In this document: positions 50,838-63,502 of the stretch, piece after piece
How positions within the stretch are numbered: the stretch's first letter is position 1
Layout: every line of letters starts with the position of its first letter
Assembly: GCF_006345805.1 (NCBI RefSeq)
Contig: NC_042997.1
Coordinates: 212,722,001-212,786,000, forward strand
Length of the DNA stretch: 64,000 bases
Origin: Octopus sinensis
Taxonomy: Eukaryota
Direction: 5' to 3'
Position numbers and translations under genes: made by a program
The notes under the pieces: generated by a model
Databases searched by the model: none
Told to the model about the DNA's origin: nothing
Seen by the model: the letters and a program-made list of their open reading frames with translations, nothing else

Positions 50838-52059
50838 TAGTTACCAATCTAATGAATTCCTTTTCAGGTTTTCTTTCTTGCTGGTCAATACTAAGTTACT
50901 AATTAATCACTATGTGATAAATATCTTTAACATAACATTATTTTGTCAAAATAAAACTAAAAACAAAAATCCAATTCAATGAAATCTAAAAAATTATGAA
51001 GCAATAAAATGAAATTTAAATCATTCCACTCACATCTTTGAAAATTCTTTGAAATGCTTCAAAGAATTACATAAAGTCCTTCCTTTCTACAGCTTCAACT
51101 GCTAAAACTGTGAGTCAAACAGTCAAGAACAAAGAATATAATAAATCTTTTTTCTTTTCCTGGAGGTAAAATGTTATAAGATTTGAGGAGAAATCACATG
51201 AAATCAAAGAATATTGATAGTTAACAAGGAGTCACCTACAATCCATAATCCTTATAAATAATTTATTGAATATTACCTTCTGGATTTCTCTTGAATGTTT
51301 TCTGTTTTGTCTTATAAACCTTCTCCCCTCCACCTCCTCCTTATCATCATCATCATCATCATCATCATCATCGTCCTTGTTGTTGTTATCGTAATCATCA
51401 TCATCATCATCAACATCATCATTTTCATCATCATTGTTTATTTACTAATTTATTAATTTTTTTATAACATTTTATTTTTTCCCATAAGATAATTAGCTGT
51501 AGAGAGTAATTCAACCAAATCCACCCTATGCTAATTAAGTGTTAACAGTGATTGTATTAATTAGTATTTTCAACTAAGAAAAATCTGGAACAAGGCTGAA
51601 GAGAGAAGGAATTCCATTAAATGAAAGACAAAATTGAACAAGAAGAAAATGGGGCAAAGACTTGAAGCAGAAAGATAAAGAATTATTAAGAAACTCCTTC
51701 ATTTTTGAAGAGTCTTCAAAAACTCGTGTCTGGAGTAACTAGTAATGGCTTGCAGAAGTAAATAAACAGTGTGCAGAGTAACTGGAATTGGTATGTTGAG
51801 GTAAATAACTAATGCCAGTGAAAAACTCAGATAATAGAATTTGTGAAAATAAGCTTGTGTTCCATATTGGTGGAAGTGGTGGTGGGGTTGAATCTGATAT
51901 TTCTAACAGAGTTCTTGTTTGAAAACTAAGTACAGGTTGTTGTTGGTTATTTAATAAGAATGAATTTGTTGTATACAGCAGCCACGTGTACCACACCTGG
52001 TTGAAAAGGTGTAAAAGAAGGAACTGAAAGCAAACAAATCTCGTTTGTGTGAGTTCCAC

Positions 52060-52232
52060 ATAAAAAGCACTCAGCCCACTCTATGGAGTGGTCAGTGTTA
52101 GGAAGGGCATCCAGTTGTAAAAAACTTGTGAAAACACACTCAGAAGCACGGTGCAGGTTCCTACCTAGCCAGCTCCTTTCAAATCATCCAACCCCTGCCA
52201 GCACGGAAATTGGACATTAAACGATGATGACG
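52060..52232 (+). mobile_element. RTE 3'-end copy
   Basis: GTTAGGAAGGGCATCCAGTTG...CCAACCCCTGCCAGCACGG...(GAT)3. Confidence 0.7.
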
Positions 52233-52254
52233 AAAATTATTATTATTGTTATTC

Positions 52255-52740
52255 CTTCGTAACACAGTGTAGGTAAAAATGCACCGGAGACTGTCAAGTC
52301 ATCTGTCAAGTCACAACAAGACGGATAATGCTTTCCTTAAGATGTACGTTGTGTCCAATAAAGCTGCTTTTTGTAAGACATCAATCTTGCAAGGGATTTC
52401 CAGTTGCCTTAAGAAGTTTTGAAGTTTCAATGGGATTGAGCCCAGCATTCTGATCACCACTGGTATCACTTTTACATTACCCTCTTGCATTCCATACACT
52501 CTTGCCATTTCCACTAACCTGTCAGATCTCTCAACTTTTCTTTCTTCCTTATCGCATACCTTGTTGTCAGCTGGGCATGCTATATCTATGATCCAGCATA
52601 GTTTGTTTTCTTTCTCAATTAAGACTATGTCTGGCTTCCTATTCTCTATCTCATTGTTGCACTAAATCATAAAATCCCACAGGGTCTTTGCATTTCTATT
52701 TTGGACGATGCCTTCAGATTTGTGGTCGTACCATGCTGGT
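52255..52740 (-). mobile_element. R4/Dong-like LINE 3' end (another family)
   Basis: RKPDIVLIEKENKLCWIIDIACP..VIPVVI..QKAALLDTTYILRKALS; ends at a short AAT tract (~52237-52250). Confidence 0.8.
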
Positions 52741-53830
52741 GTTATGCCTAGAGTGTCATACATTTGGATTTTCACATAGAGAATGTTTAAGAAACCATAA
52801 GAAAATTATGAGTTTGTTTTAAAATTTGTGATTACTTACACAGTATTTTACGTAGGATATGGACAGTTCCCATCTGCACTATCTTTTGAATTTCTGCCAT
52901 TTTTGGTTTTCCTGGTATCTGAGCTAGGTAGGAATCAGCCCCTTTTGCTATCATTCCTTGGGCACCTATGACAACAAGTATTGTTTTAATCATTGAGGTT
53001 CCACATTTTGCCAATTTCTATTTCAAGATCTTTATACTTGCTCAGTTTTTGATAGGTCTTGACAGATACGTTTATATCGATTGGGACAGTCATATCAATG
53101 AGGAGGCATGTTCTTTGTCTGAAGTCTTTCAGTATGATGTCTGGCCTATTTGCATCTATCTTTCTGTCAGTTTGAATGGTGAAGTTCCAGGGGGGTGAGA
53201 TGTGAACATTTTCAAGCACTGGAGGTGGTTTGTGTTCCCACCAGTTTTTATCATGGGGCAAGTTCAGGCTTTTGCTAATTACCCAGTGAATTTATTGTGC
53301 AGCTCTATCATGCCTGTTGAGATACTCTGTAGGCGCAAGAAGACTGCACTTGGAGACAACATGATTAATGGTTTCATTTTGTTGTTGACATATATGACAT
53401 GTTGGGCTACTGCCGTTCTTTAATACGTTGGCCTGGTAGTTCCTTGTAGGTAGGCATTGATCTTGGGCTGCTATGATAAACCCTTCTGTTTCTGACTTTA
53501 GGCCAGAGGCTATTAACCATTGATGGGTCAGGGTTTTGTTAACATCTGCATTATTCGCTCTCTTTGGGTATTTGCCATAGAGAGGCTTTTCTTGCCATTT
53601 ATCATTCAGAATATCTAAGAAAGCAGTTTTAGCACGGGTCTTCATACGCTTAGCTTTTTCTGTGCTTGTTTCTGAGATTTGTTGTATTTGGAATTCACTT
53701 AGATATTCCTTTGCCTGTTTTGTTACTGAGTATGATGCTTTCTTGTTTTCATGTTTTGTGACTATTTTCATTAAAAGTCTGCTTCCTTCAAGTCTTCCAC
53801 AGGCTCCTTTATCCCATTCCATCGATGTTA
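52741..53830 (-). mobile_element. R4/Dong-like LINE fragment (thumb, CCHC and RLE); same family as 15135-15430
   Basis: KSETEGFIIAAQDQ, CHICQQQNETINHVVSKC, RHD, ANRPDIIL..LLIDMTVP..KLSKYKDLEIE, AEIQKIVQMGTVHILRK. Confidence 0.9.
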
Positions 53831-54959
53831 TTGGATTAAATTTGTTTTTGAATGGAGAGACTGGTATAGCAGAGAATTGGGGATTATGGAGAGGAATTTC
53901 ATTAACAGAGACTGCTCCAGACGCTTGGGGTACATTGGTGAGGTGGGAGTAGATTTACTCATTCCCCTCATTTCACACCTATCCCCCACCACCACCACCT
54001 GGTCTTTGGGTGTCCCTTAGCAGTGTCTATTTTGTTAAGATAGATCTGCTGTCAGAGAAAAACTTTTTCCCATCAGAGTGAAAGACTCCGAAAGGATCAT
54101 GGGGCTGTTTCTTTCTCTTCTGACAAAGCCACAAAAAAAAGAAAGAAAGAAAATCAAAGAAAAAAAAAAGTTGCTTTGATAATTATTTTGCTTCCATTTA
54201 ATCAGTTGAAACATTCAAATGAGGATGAATTTAGTTACAATTTTAGGAACAATAAAACCACAAAATATTTGCTTTGGTAAATTTCCAGTGAAATATATGG
54301 AAATTCTCTTCAACATGTCTTGTTGCCATTCTATAAATCATTCCATTCTGACAATTTGGCTCAGGTCTAATAAGGAAAGACATTTGTTGTCGTTCCACCT
54401 GTACACTGATTATTTTGTTTCTAAAATCTATCAAAGTTGAAAGGAGCAAAATGAAAATGGTGGTAAAAGTTTCAATTAGAAACCAGAAAAACAAAGAAAT
54501 AAATGTCAAAACTGTTTGTATCCCGACTCAGATATTGATTCATTTACACTTTAAATCATTTTGCAGATGTTTATTGATTCTGGAGAACATCAATGTTTGA
54601 TTACTCAGAGTCTGTAGTTCTTACAACCAAACTGGCTGACCACATCGAATACCAAACTTGAAGATTCCACTTTACTCCAAATTTATCATTTCTCTCTCAG
54701 TCTTTCTAGAATGTACTTCTAATCAAAACAATCTTTGATTTTTCCTTCCTTAATTAAAACTTTATAACCATTTATTTCCATTAGAGATTATAAAACGTTA
54801 TTAAATAAGTTTCATACGTTTTCACAGAGAATTAATTTTGTGTGTGTGTGTGTGTACCTATACTTGTATCTATGTATGCTTGAATGCATGAATTTCTCTC
54901 TCTCTCTCTCTCTCCTCTCTCTCTCCATATATGCATGCATACACACACACACATATATA

Positions 54960-55420
54960 TCATCATCATCATCATCATCTTTTAACGTCCGTTTTCCATG
55001 CTGGCATGGGTTGGACGGTTTGACTGGGGTCTGGGAAGACAGGAGGCCACACCAGGCTCCAGTCTGATTTAGAAGTGTTTCTATGGCTGAATGCTCTTCC
55101 TTATGCCAACCACTCCAAGAGTGTAGAAGGTGCTTTTTACGTGTCACCAGCATAGGAGCCAGCCAGGTGGCACTGGCATCAGCCACAACTACAATTCCAT
55201 TTGATTGTGATTTGAGTTTTGATTGTGATTTGATTTTAATTTTGATTTTACTTGACCCAATAAGGTCTCCTCAAGCACGGCATGTTACCCAACAATTCAA
55301 AGGTACTTTTGGGGAGGCTGGTTCAAAGGTCAGGCTTCATCACCTCATCCCATGTCTTCCTGGGTCTCCCTCGACCCCGGATTCCTTTCACTGTTTGGGA
55401 GTGGCACATGGAAGCCAATT
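54960..55420 (-). mobile_element. RTE 3' end
   Basis: RGRGRPRKTWDEVMKPDL, then 3' UTR and (GAT)n. Confidence 0.8.
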
Positions 55421-55479
55421 TTTTAAACTGCTTTCCTCTCTCTCTATACACACACACACACATGCATATATATATTTCT

Positions 55480-55705
55480 TTACTGCTCACAAGGGGCTAA
55501 ACACAGAGGGGACAAACATGGACAGACAAATGGATTAAGTCGATTATATCGACCCCAGTGCGTAACTGGTACTTAATTTATCGACCCCGAAAGGATGAAA
55601 GGCAAAGTCGACCTTGGCGGAATTTGAACTCAGAACGTAACGGCAGACGAAATACCGCTAAGCATTTCGTCCAGCGTGCTAACGTTTCTGCCAGCTCGCC
55701 GCCTT
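55480..55705 (-). mobile_element. SINE family A
   Basis: Reverse complement of the 11307 copy. Confidence 0.9.
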
Positions 55706-55739
55706 GTCGGCATATATATACACATATATTATTATATAT

Positions 55740-55999
55740 TGGCTTGTCTAGCCAAGTGAAATCATAGTCATGGCCGATGCTGGTGTCATGTAACTGGCAC
55801 CTGTGCTGGTGGCACATAAAAAGCACCTGTGCCAGTGGCACATAGTAAGCACCCGTTAGACTCTTGGAGTAGTTGGCATTAAAAAGACCATCCAGCTGCA
55901 GAAACCATGCCAAATCAGACTGGAACGTGGTGCAGCTCTCTGGTTTCCCAGTTCCGGTCAAATCGTCTAACCCATGCCAACATGGAAAGCAGATGCTCA

Positions 56000-56050
<51 letters not shown>

Positions 56051-56054
56051 CTCA

Positions 56055-56105
<51 letters not shown>

Positions 56106-56109
56106 CTCA

Positions 56110-56170
<61 letters not shown>

Positions 56171-56180
56171 CGATGATGAA
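55740..56180 (+). mobile_element. RTE 3'-end copy with a triplicated tail
   Basis: Terminal CATGGAAAGCAGATGCTCAA, then [GCTCAA(TGA)n] repeated three times. Confidence 0.8.
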
Positions 56181-56199
56181 AACTGTATATACTCATACA

Positions 56200-56605
56200 G
56201 GCGCAGGAGTGGCTGTGTGGTAAGTAGCTTGCTAACCAACCACATGGTTCCGGGTTCAGTCCCACTGCGTGGCACCTTGGGCAAGTGTCTTCTGCTATAG
56301 CCCCGGGCCGACCAATGCCTTGTGAGTGGATTTGGTAGACGGAAACTGAAAGAAGCCTGTCGTATATATGTATATATATATATGAATGTGTGTGTGTTTG
56401 TGTGTCTGTGTTTGTTCCCCTAGCATTGCTTGACAACCAATGCTGGTGTGTTTATGTCCCCGTCACTTAGTGGTTCGGCAAAAGAGAACGATAGAATAAG
56501 TACTGGGCTTACAAAGAATAAGTCCTGGGGTTGATTTGCTCGACTAAAGGCGGTGCTCCAGCATGGCCACAGTCAAAGGACTGAAACAAGTAAAAGAGAA
56601 AGAGA
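56200..56605 (+). mobile_element. tRNA-derived SINE, family B
   Basis: GGCGCAGGAGTGGCTGTGTGG (A-box-like) and GGTTCAGTCCC (B-box-like). Confidence 0.9.
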
Positions 56606-56799
56606 ATACATATCAATGTAACTCATAATTTCTTTCTCCATAGATATCACATGACATAAAGTATCTTGTACTGCCATCTCAATTGTGTGAGAGTGGCTCT
56701 ATAGACCATATTACTTTCTCAAAGACCTTCTTTACATTGACAAATTCTTAGCAAAGTAAAAGAGATCTCAAGAAGTTCACTACAGAGCTATGGGGGTTT

Positions 56800-57240
56800 G
56801 TGAGTGTGTGTTGGGGTGGAAGGGTGATTCTTCTGTGTGGCACATTGGGCATGACCGTGTCTTCTGTTACAGCCTTTGGTCAACCAATGCCATGCCAGGG
56901 AATTTCTTAGATGGAAACTTTGTGCAAGTTCATCAAAAAGACTGTTCTCAGAATGAACTTTACTTGTTGTTTGGTTTGAAATAAACAAATGTCCCTCATG
57001 TAGAGGAGGCCACTGTCCAGGCCAAGTTTCCAATTGAGGAAACTTTCTCCCTTTATTCCATGGGGTTCCTTAAAAGGGTCGTGGATGTTGACCTTTTTCT
57101 TATGACCAAACTATTAAAAGAGAAACAGCAAGAATTGTCATAGCGTAAAGCATTTTTGAGGTTTCAGAGGGCAAATATAAGTCCGTCTGTTGCCGGTCTG
57201 CAATGAATTAGGCCAACATTAAAGGCATATGAAGCATTCT
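56800..57240 (-). mobile_element. Possible, highly decayed L1/Tx1-like C-terminal fragment
   Basis: RSCPMCHTEESPFH resembles a LINE C-terminal zinc-finger motif; many stops. Confidence 0.3.
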
Positions 57241-58144
57241 AGAAAAAACACTAGAAACAATATTTATACAATCAAATTTTCCAATTCAGAGATCAAAGTA
57301 GAAGTTGAATTCACTTTACACAAATAACTTTTACAGAAACATTTCGTGGAATGTTAAAGGTTATGAGAAAGAGACTTAAATCTTTATCTTTCTTCATAGA
57401 AAGAAAAAAGAATTAATATTTATCACAACAATAATTCTCTATGTAGAATTTCTGAGAAATGAATATAGTTGCTTTATCATCTTATTAGCTGACTAAAGTG
57501 ATTCGTTACAGCTTTTCAACAAAGTATAAGCTGCTTAGCAAGATTTCATTTAAATAATTAAAAAGAATGATTCACAATATAAACTCTCTTCCTTTTTCTT
57601 TCTTTTAAACAAAACTTTTATTTTCTGGTCTTTTTCTGTTGCATTTTGATAAATTATTAATAATATTTCAGAATTGGCTCAACTTTAGAAATGGCTTTGA
57701 AAAGGAATGAAAATGGAACTTAATCCCTGTTTTAAAGAAAGAATGCAATCAGCGGGAGTTGCTGTTCTATTCTTAATTCTCCCTTTTATTTCTTATTTTA
57801 TCTCAGTTTAATGTCCATTCTTTCATGCTGGCCTGACTTGATATGGAGAACAGTGTATCTCAATTTGTCTGTGAGTCCTAACATTTAGGAGTTTCAGCAA
57901 TTTGACCTCACAACCTCTTCCCATGTCTTCTCTTTCCCTTCAATTATATCCAGTTTTCCAGAAAATAAAAATTATGAGTTATATCGCAAATTGTGAGAAA
58001 AAAAAAGTGTTGTTTGTCAGAGGTTTTACAATGAGTCACTGGTTCACTGTGTTTATGGCATTGAGAGTGACAAGGGATTTTGTTTCAAAAGCACTATTTT
58101 GGGGTTTCCTTATTGATAATCAGTTCCTTAACTGATTTATGATG

Positions 58145-58226
<82 letters not shown>

Positions 58227-58312
58227 TTACCTACCTACCTATCTATCTATCTATCTATTTACCTACCTACCTACCTACCTACCTACCTACCCACCTACCT
58301 ACCCATCTACCT
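58145..58312. repeat. (CTAT)n-(CTAC)n microsatellite
   Basis: Direct reading. Confidence 0.95.
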
Positions 58313-58339
58313 GCAACTATCTGTTATGGGTAGGATATC

Positions 58340-58912
58340 ATCATCTTCAACATCATCATCATCATTTAATGTCCACTTTCCATGCTGGCATTGTTTGGAT
58401 GGTTTGACTGAGGGCTGGAAAGCTAGAAAGCTGCACCAGTCTCCAATCTGATCTGGCAAAGTTTCTATGGCTGGATGCTCTTCCTAATGCCAACCACTCC
58501 GAGAGTGTAGCGGGTGTTTTTATGTGCCACCTGCACAGGAGCCAGTCCTGTGGCACTGGCAGCAACCATGCTCGAATGGTGCTTTTTTTATGTGCCACTG
58601 GTATGGGAACCAGTCAGCAGTCCTGGCAATGACCACACTTGAATGGTGCTTTTAATGTTCCACTGGCACAGGTGCCAATCAGGCAGTACTGTCATCGGCC
58701 ACAACAATGATCTCACTTGCCTCAACAGGTCTTCGCAAGCATAGTTTATTGCCCAATGATTGAAGGGTAATCTTAAATGGGCTGCTTATACAGCACTGGC
58801 ATAGGCCACGGTTATGGTTTCACTTGGCTTGCTGGGTCTTTTCAAGCACAGCATATCTCCAAAGGTCTTGGTCACTTGTCATTGCCTTGGTGAGGCCCAA
58901 TATTCGAAGTTT
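58340..58912 (-). mobile_element. RTE 3' end (last ORF codons and 3' UTR)
   Basis: LRILGLTKAMTSDQDLWRYAVLEKTQQAK* corresponds to the ORF end near 6570-6660. Confidence 0.85.
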
Positions 58913-59378
58913 GTCCTGTACATCTAATTGTGTTGCATTAATCTGTGCAGTTTGTGTCTCATCAAGTACATGCATAGAGAAGCGGATGTTTTGCCTGTTG
59001 TATTTCGGTTATAATCCAAATACAGCAGACTAGAACAACATGCCTAGGAAAACTCAGTATCTCTGGTGGGACATCTCCTTCTTTATGCATGTACTTGACA
59101 TGACACAGACTGCACAGACTGATGCAAAAAATCCTACCCATAAAGGACAGTTGCAGGATGGGTCGATGCAGTTGCCATACTGAATAAAGGCTAAATCCAT
59201 CTTCCATTTTCTTCATCAATTATTGTTTCAAATAACATTGTGGAATTTCTGATGAAGATCCAGAGGAAATATCTCCCAATTGTGGATAGCACCAGATTGC
59301 GCCAATTGTGAATGTGCTTTACTCAGTACAGTAATTGATAAATACCCCCCCCATACTATATATATATATATATATATA

Positions 59379-59783
59379 TAATACAAATAAGAAAATGAAG
59401 AAACAATTTAGTTGGTTCATCAGCTTTCGGGTATTAGAATGTTGACTTCTTTATTTATTTAACAAAAACGAGAACCTTAATAGCATACATATATACGATG
59501 GTTATGTATAAGTACCTTATTTTTAAATGCCTACAACCTCAGTATAGTTGACAACTATAGGCACTGAAAAAAAAAACTACTTTTTTTCATAGACTGAAAC
59601 AGCTGTAAGACTGATTTTAATGATTTCAATAATTTATATTAAGATTTTTATAACTGTATTCATATCTTATATGTATTGACTTATAACATATATATGTATG
59701 TTATTAAGGTTCTCATTTAACATTCTAATATCCGAAAGCTGATGAACCAACTAAATTGTTTCTCCATTTTCTTATTTGTATTA
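59379..59783. mobile_element. MITE-like palindromic element at a (TA)n site
   Basis: ~65-bp outer inverted repeats (ATACAAATAAGAAAATG..CAATTTAGTTGGTTCATCAGCTTTCGG.TATTAGAATGTT), an inner GAGAACCTTAATA.CATACATATATA match, and TA flanks. Confidence 0.8.
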
Positions 59784-60666
59784 TAAATTAATGGTAAAAT
59801 ATTTCTTTACCTTCACCCGTTTAATACAATAAGTAAGTTAATTGCATTGCAATTAAAAACACTTGTGTATTAATAATTTGGGTATTATACCAACAGTATA
59901 TTGGATAAATATTATCCCTTAGTGGGTTGGATCCACAACCCCTAATTTACTTGGTGTATATATATATATATATATATGACTACAGCTTCTGCACATTTTC
60001 TGCTCACCAAATTCCACTCATAAAACACCAGTCAATCTGAGGTTTTTGCATAAGAAATTTGAGGTATTGTGCTGTAAAATTGAACTTGGAACCACTTAAT
60101 TACAACCTTTTAAAAACACAGTCATTTATACAGATACATTCTAAGAGAATTCTCCACATGACTTTAATTTATAAACTTTCTTCCTATTTTGTACAGTCTA
60201 AGAAACAATATTTTCTGAAAATATGAAGAAAGTGATCCATCTTTTTCTCTGGCAGAAACCATTTTAAACTCAAATGAACCAAAACATCACATACTTCATT
60301 TCCCTAACATGATACAGTTGAAATTTTCCTTTATTTCCTACCTGTTTTCCTTTACAGTTGCATTGTTTAAGTTAAAACAGTAAAAAAGACACCAAAGTAG
60401 GAAATATTTAAATAATATAGTCACATGGGAATTTTAAAGTGGAGACTGTAAACATTAATGCAGAAAACAGAAGAAAAAATACATTTTTGCCAGGTTTTAT
60501 TTATAGGCAAAATTTCAACCACTGACGTTTCTATTGATTGTGTTTACATCCTGGAGAATTTGAACAGGGACATCTGATTGCAGTCAATTTTCATCGTGGA
60601 TGAACATCTCCTTCTTTTAGACAATGTGCACACTTGATGTTCATGATTTAATGGTATAAGGGGACT

Positions 60667-60886
60667 GGCAGAAACGTTAGCACGCCGGGCGAAATGCTTA
60701 GTGGTATTTCGTCTGCCGTTACGTTCTGAGTTCAAATTCCGCCGAGGTCGACTTTGCCTTTCATCCTTTTGGGGTCGATAAGTTAAGTACCAGTTACACA
60801 CTGGGGTCGATGTAATCGACTTAATACCTATGTCTGTCCTTGTTTGACCCCTCTGTGTTTAGCCCCTTGTGGGTAGTAAAGAAATA
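60667..60886 (+). mobile_element. SINE family A
   Basis: 14-bp TSD GGTATAAGGGGACT at 60653-60666 and 60887-60900. Confidence 0.92.
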
Positions 60887-60939
60887 GGTATAAGGGGACT
60901 TAAGGACACAACAGTGTTTTTTTAGCTTATTGTATGTTG

Positions 60940-61165
60940 TATGCCAGTATTGCCTGACTGGCCCTTGTGCCAGTGGCACGTAAAAGCACCCACTACACTC
61001 TCGAAGTGGTTGGCGTTAGGAAGGGCATCCAGCTGTAGAAACTCTGCCAGATCAGACTGGAGCCTGGTGCAACCATTTGGTTCACCAGTACTCAGTCAAA
61101 TCGTCCAACCCATGCCAGCATGGAAAGCAGACGTTAAACGATGATGGTGATGATGATGATGATGT
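60940..61165 (+). mobile_element. RTE 3'-end copy
   Basis: Family terminal motif and (GAT)n. Confidence 0.85.
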
Positions 61166-61892
61166 ATATCTCCATCATCAAAGCTATCATGGACTGATGA
61201 ATCTAACAAGAGTACAAGCTCTTATTCACAGAAATCAGAATTCACATTCTGTGAGAATGTTTTGAGAATGAATACAAACATTATTGTTTAGATTCTCTCT
61301 GTTTTCCATGGACATTTCATGAACTGCAACCAAATCTTTGGAAGACAAAGTGTTTGGGAGGAAAGGAAAACTAGGGCAAAGTCAATAATTTTATTTGAAT
61401 TTCTTTGGGTCAGAATTCCATCCAACCAAAGTCCTAAAATAAGACACCTAAATGATCCCAAATACAGCTGTTCTTTGTGGCACCGGCCAAAAATAACTGT
61501 AGCCTACAAGATTTTAAGGGTACTACTTTTGTTACCCACTAGGAAGAAGTGTTCCCTCACAAATTAAAAAAAAAAGGAAAAGAAAAGAAAAAGCTGGAGG
61601 CAATTCTCAGGAAAACAAAGATCATTTTTGCTTCTTTTACATGATCTGCTGTGTCCTATTTCCTCCCGAATGAAAAGATTTTAGTCCTTTTTTTTTATAG
61701 AATCTGAGAAATCTTCCTTCCTAACAAATCTCCAACCCAAACAGTTTGGTTGAAGAAGCTGCATAATTTAGAAAATCACTTTTTTTTACTTCAGTTCAAT
61801 GTGACATTGTGATGTAATTTGTGAAACAATATTAATATTTAAAACATAAATATGTGCTTGTGTGTGGTGTGCATGTGTGTATAACATGTGTA

Positions 61893-62480
61893 TCATCATC
61901 ATCATCATCATCGTCGTTTAACGTCCATTTTCCATGCTAGCATGGGTTGGACGGTTTGACTGTGGGCTGGCAAACCAGATGGCTGCACCAGGCTACAATC
62001 TTGATCTGGCAAAGTTTCTACAGCTGGATGCCCTTCCTAACGCCAACCACTCCAAGAGTGTAGAGGGGTGCTTTTATGCGCCACCGGCACGGGGGCCAGT
62101 CAGGCGGTACTGGCAATGACCTCGCTCAAATTTTTTTACACATGCCAATGGCACAGGTGCCAGTAAGGCGATGCTGGTAACAATCCCGCTCGAATGGTGC
62201 CTCCTACATGTCACTGGCATGGAAGCCAGTTTTGCCGCTCTGGCAATGATCATGCTTGGATGGTGCTCTTAGCACCCTACTAGCAGGGGGCACAAGTACC
62301 AGGAAGGCGAAGCTGGCAATGGTCATACTCGAATGGTGTCACTCATGTGCCACTGGCACAGAAGCCGGTTAGCCACCCTGTCAACGACCACGCTCATATG
62401 GTGCTCGTACCCGTCATCGAATTTCACTTTGATTTTGATTTCGATTTCACTTGCCTCAACAGGTCTTCGTAAGCAGAGTC
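61893..62480 (-). mobile_element. RTE 3'-end copy carrying ~6-7 tandem ~60-bp units
   Basis: Reverse complement resembles 50290-50837. Confidence 0.85.
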
Positions 62481-62797
62481 TAGTATATGTATGCATATAT
62501 ATGTATATATATATATATTTAAATATATCTATATTTATGGTCCAGGGGAGCAAGAATGAAGATCTTTCCAAAACTGCTCAGAGATGATACTGGTATAAAG
62601 TCTGATTCTGAAATCAAAGTCTTGATGTGAGACAAAGACATTTGGCGGAAGGGAGGGAAGATTGTTGTAGTTTTGTTTACAGACAACTGATGATAACGAC
62701 AATGACGATGACGACAACGATGATAAACGGATGCAGTAAGTGCAAGAGAAATGACTGTATTGGTTGCAGCTCCTGATAGTGTCCACGTTGAACTTAC

Positions 62798-62830
62798 TTG
62801 ACCCTATGATCCCGTAGAGGAACTTGCAAC
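62798..62830 (-). other. Candidate 33-nt internal exon of an unidentified host gene
   Basis: Acceptor TGTTCTTTGTGTTGTATTCAG and donor GTAAGT; open in phase 1 (GCKFLYGIIGS) and phase 2 (LQVPLRDHRV). Confidence 0.3.
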
Positions 62831-63299
62831 CTGAATACAACACAAAGAACATATTGTGTAGGAAATTAATATAAACCAAGAAGCTGTCGTTTTGTTTTTT
62901 TTTTTATTTCATGTTTGTTACAATTGTTTCTGAGATCGATAATCAATCAATGAATAATCACAAATTATAAATTACAATTGATCAATGACTGCTTCATCAG
63001 ATGAGGTTGAAATACAAATGAAACACAAACAAGCAGTATATATTTTAATGCCCAAGAAGTATGTCAACCATTGGGAGCAGGGGGAGGGATGTGATGGGGG
63101 TCAGTGGGGAGTTACAAAAACTTGTGTCGTTAGTGATTACAAGGAAAGCACCAGTGCAGGCAAGGGGTTAAAGTCACCAGAAGGCATGGAGAAGAAGGGA
63201 TCAGCAGATTGTCCTAAGCTTTATAGAGCAGAAATGAAAACCACAAGAGATAGATCAAGTTATGATGAGGGAATGGGATATAGATAAGTAGATAATAAG

Positions 63300-63502
63300 A
63301 GTCACATTTGGTGCCGCACAAAAAGCACTGGTGCTGGTGCCACATATAAGGGCTGGTGCTGGTGCCATGTAAAAAAGCACCCAATATACTTTGTGAAGTG
63401 ATTGGTTTTAGGAATAGCATCCAGTTGTAGAAACTAAGCCAAACCCATCCAACCCATGCCAGCAAAGAAAATTGACGTAAAATGACGATGATGATGATGA
63501 TG
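63300..63502 (+). mobile_element. RTE 3'-end copy
   Basis: AAAAAGCACCC...CCAACCCATGCCAGCAAAG...(GAT)n. Confidence 0.7.

Noticed and set aside
51093-51109. 17-nt + strand micro-exon (CCTTCCTTTCTACAG|...|GTGAGT)
   Set aside because: Good splice signals, but too short to distinguish from chance and opposite in strand to the other candidates.
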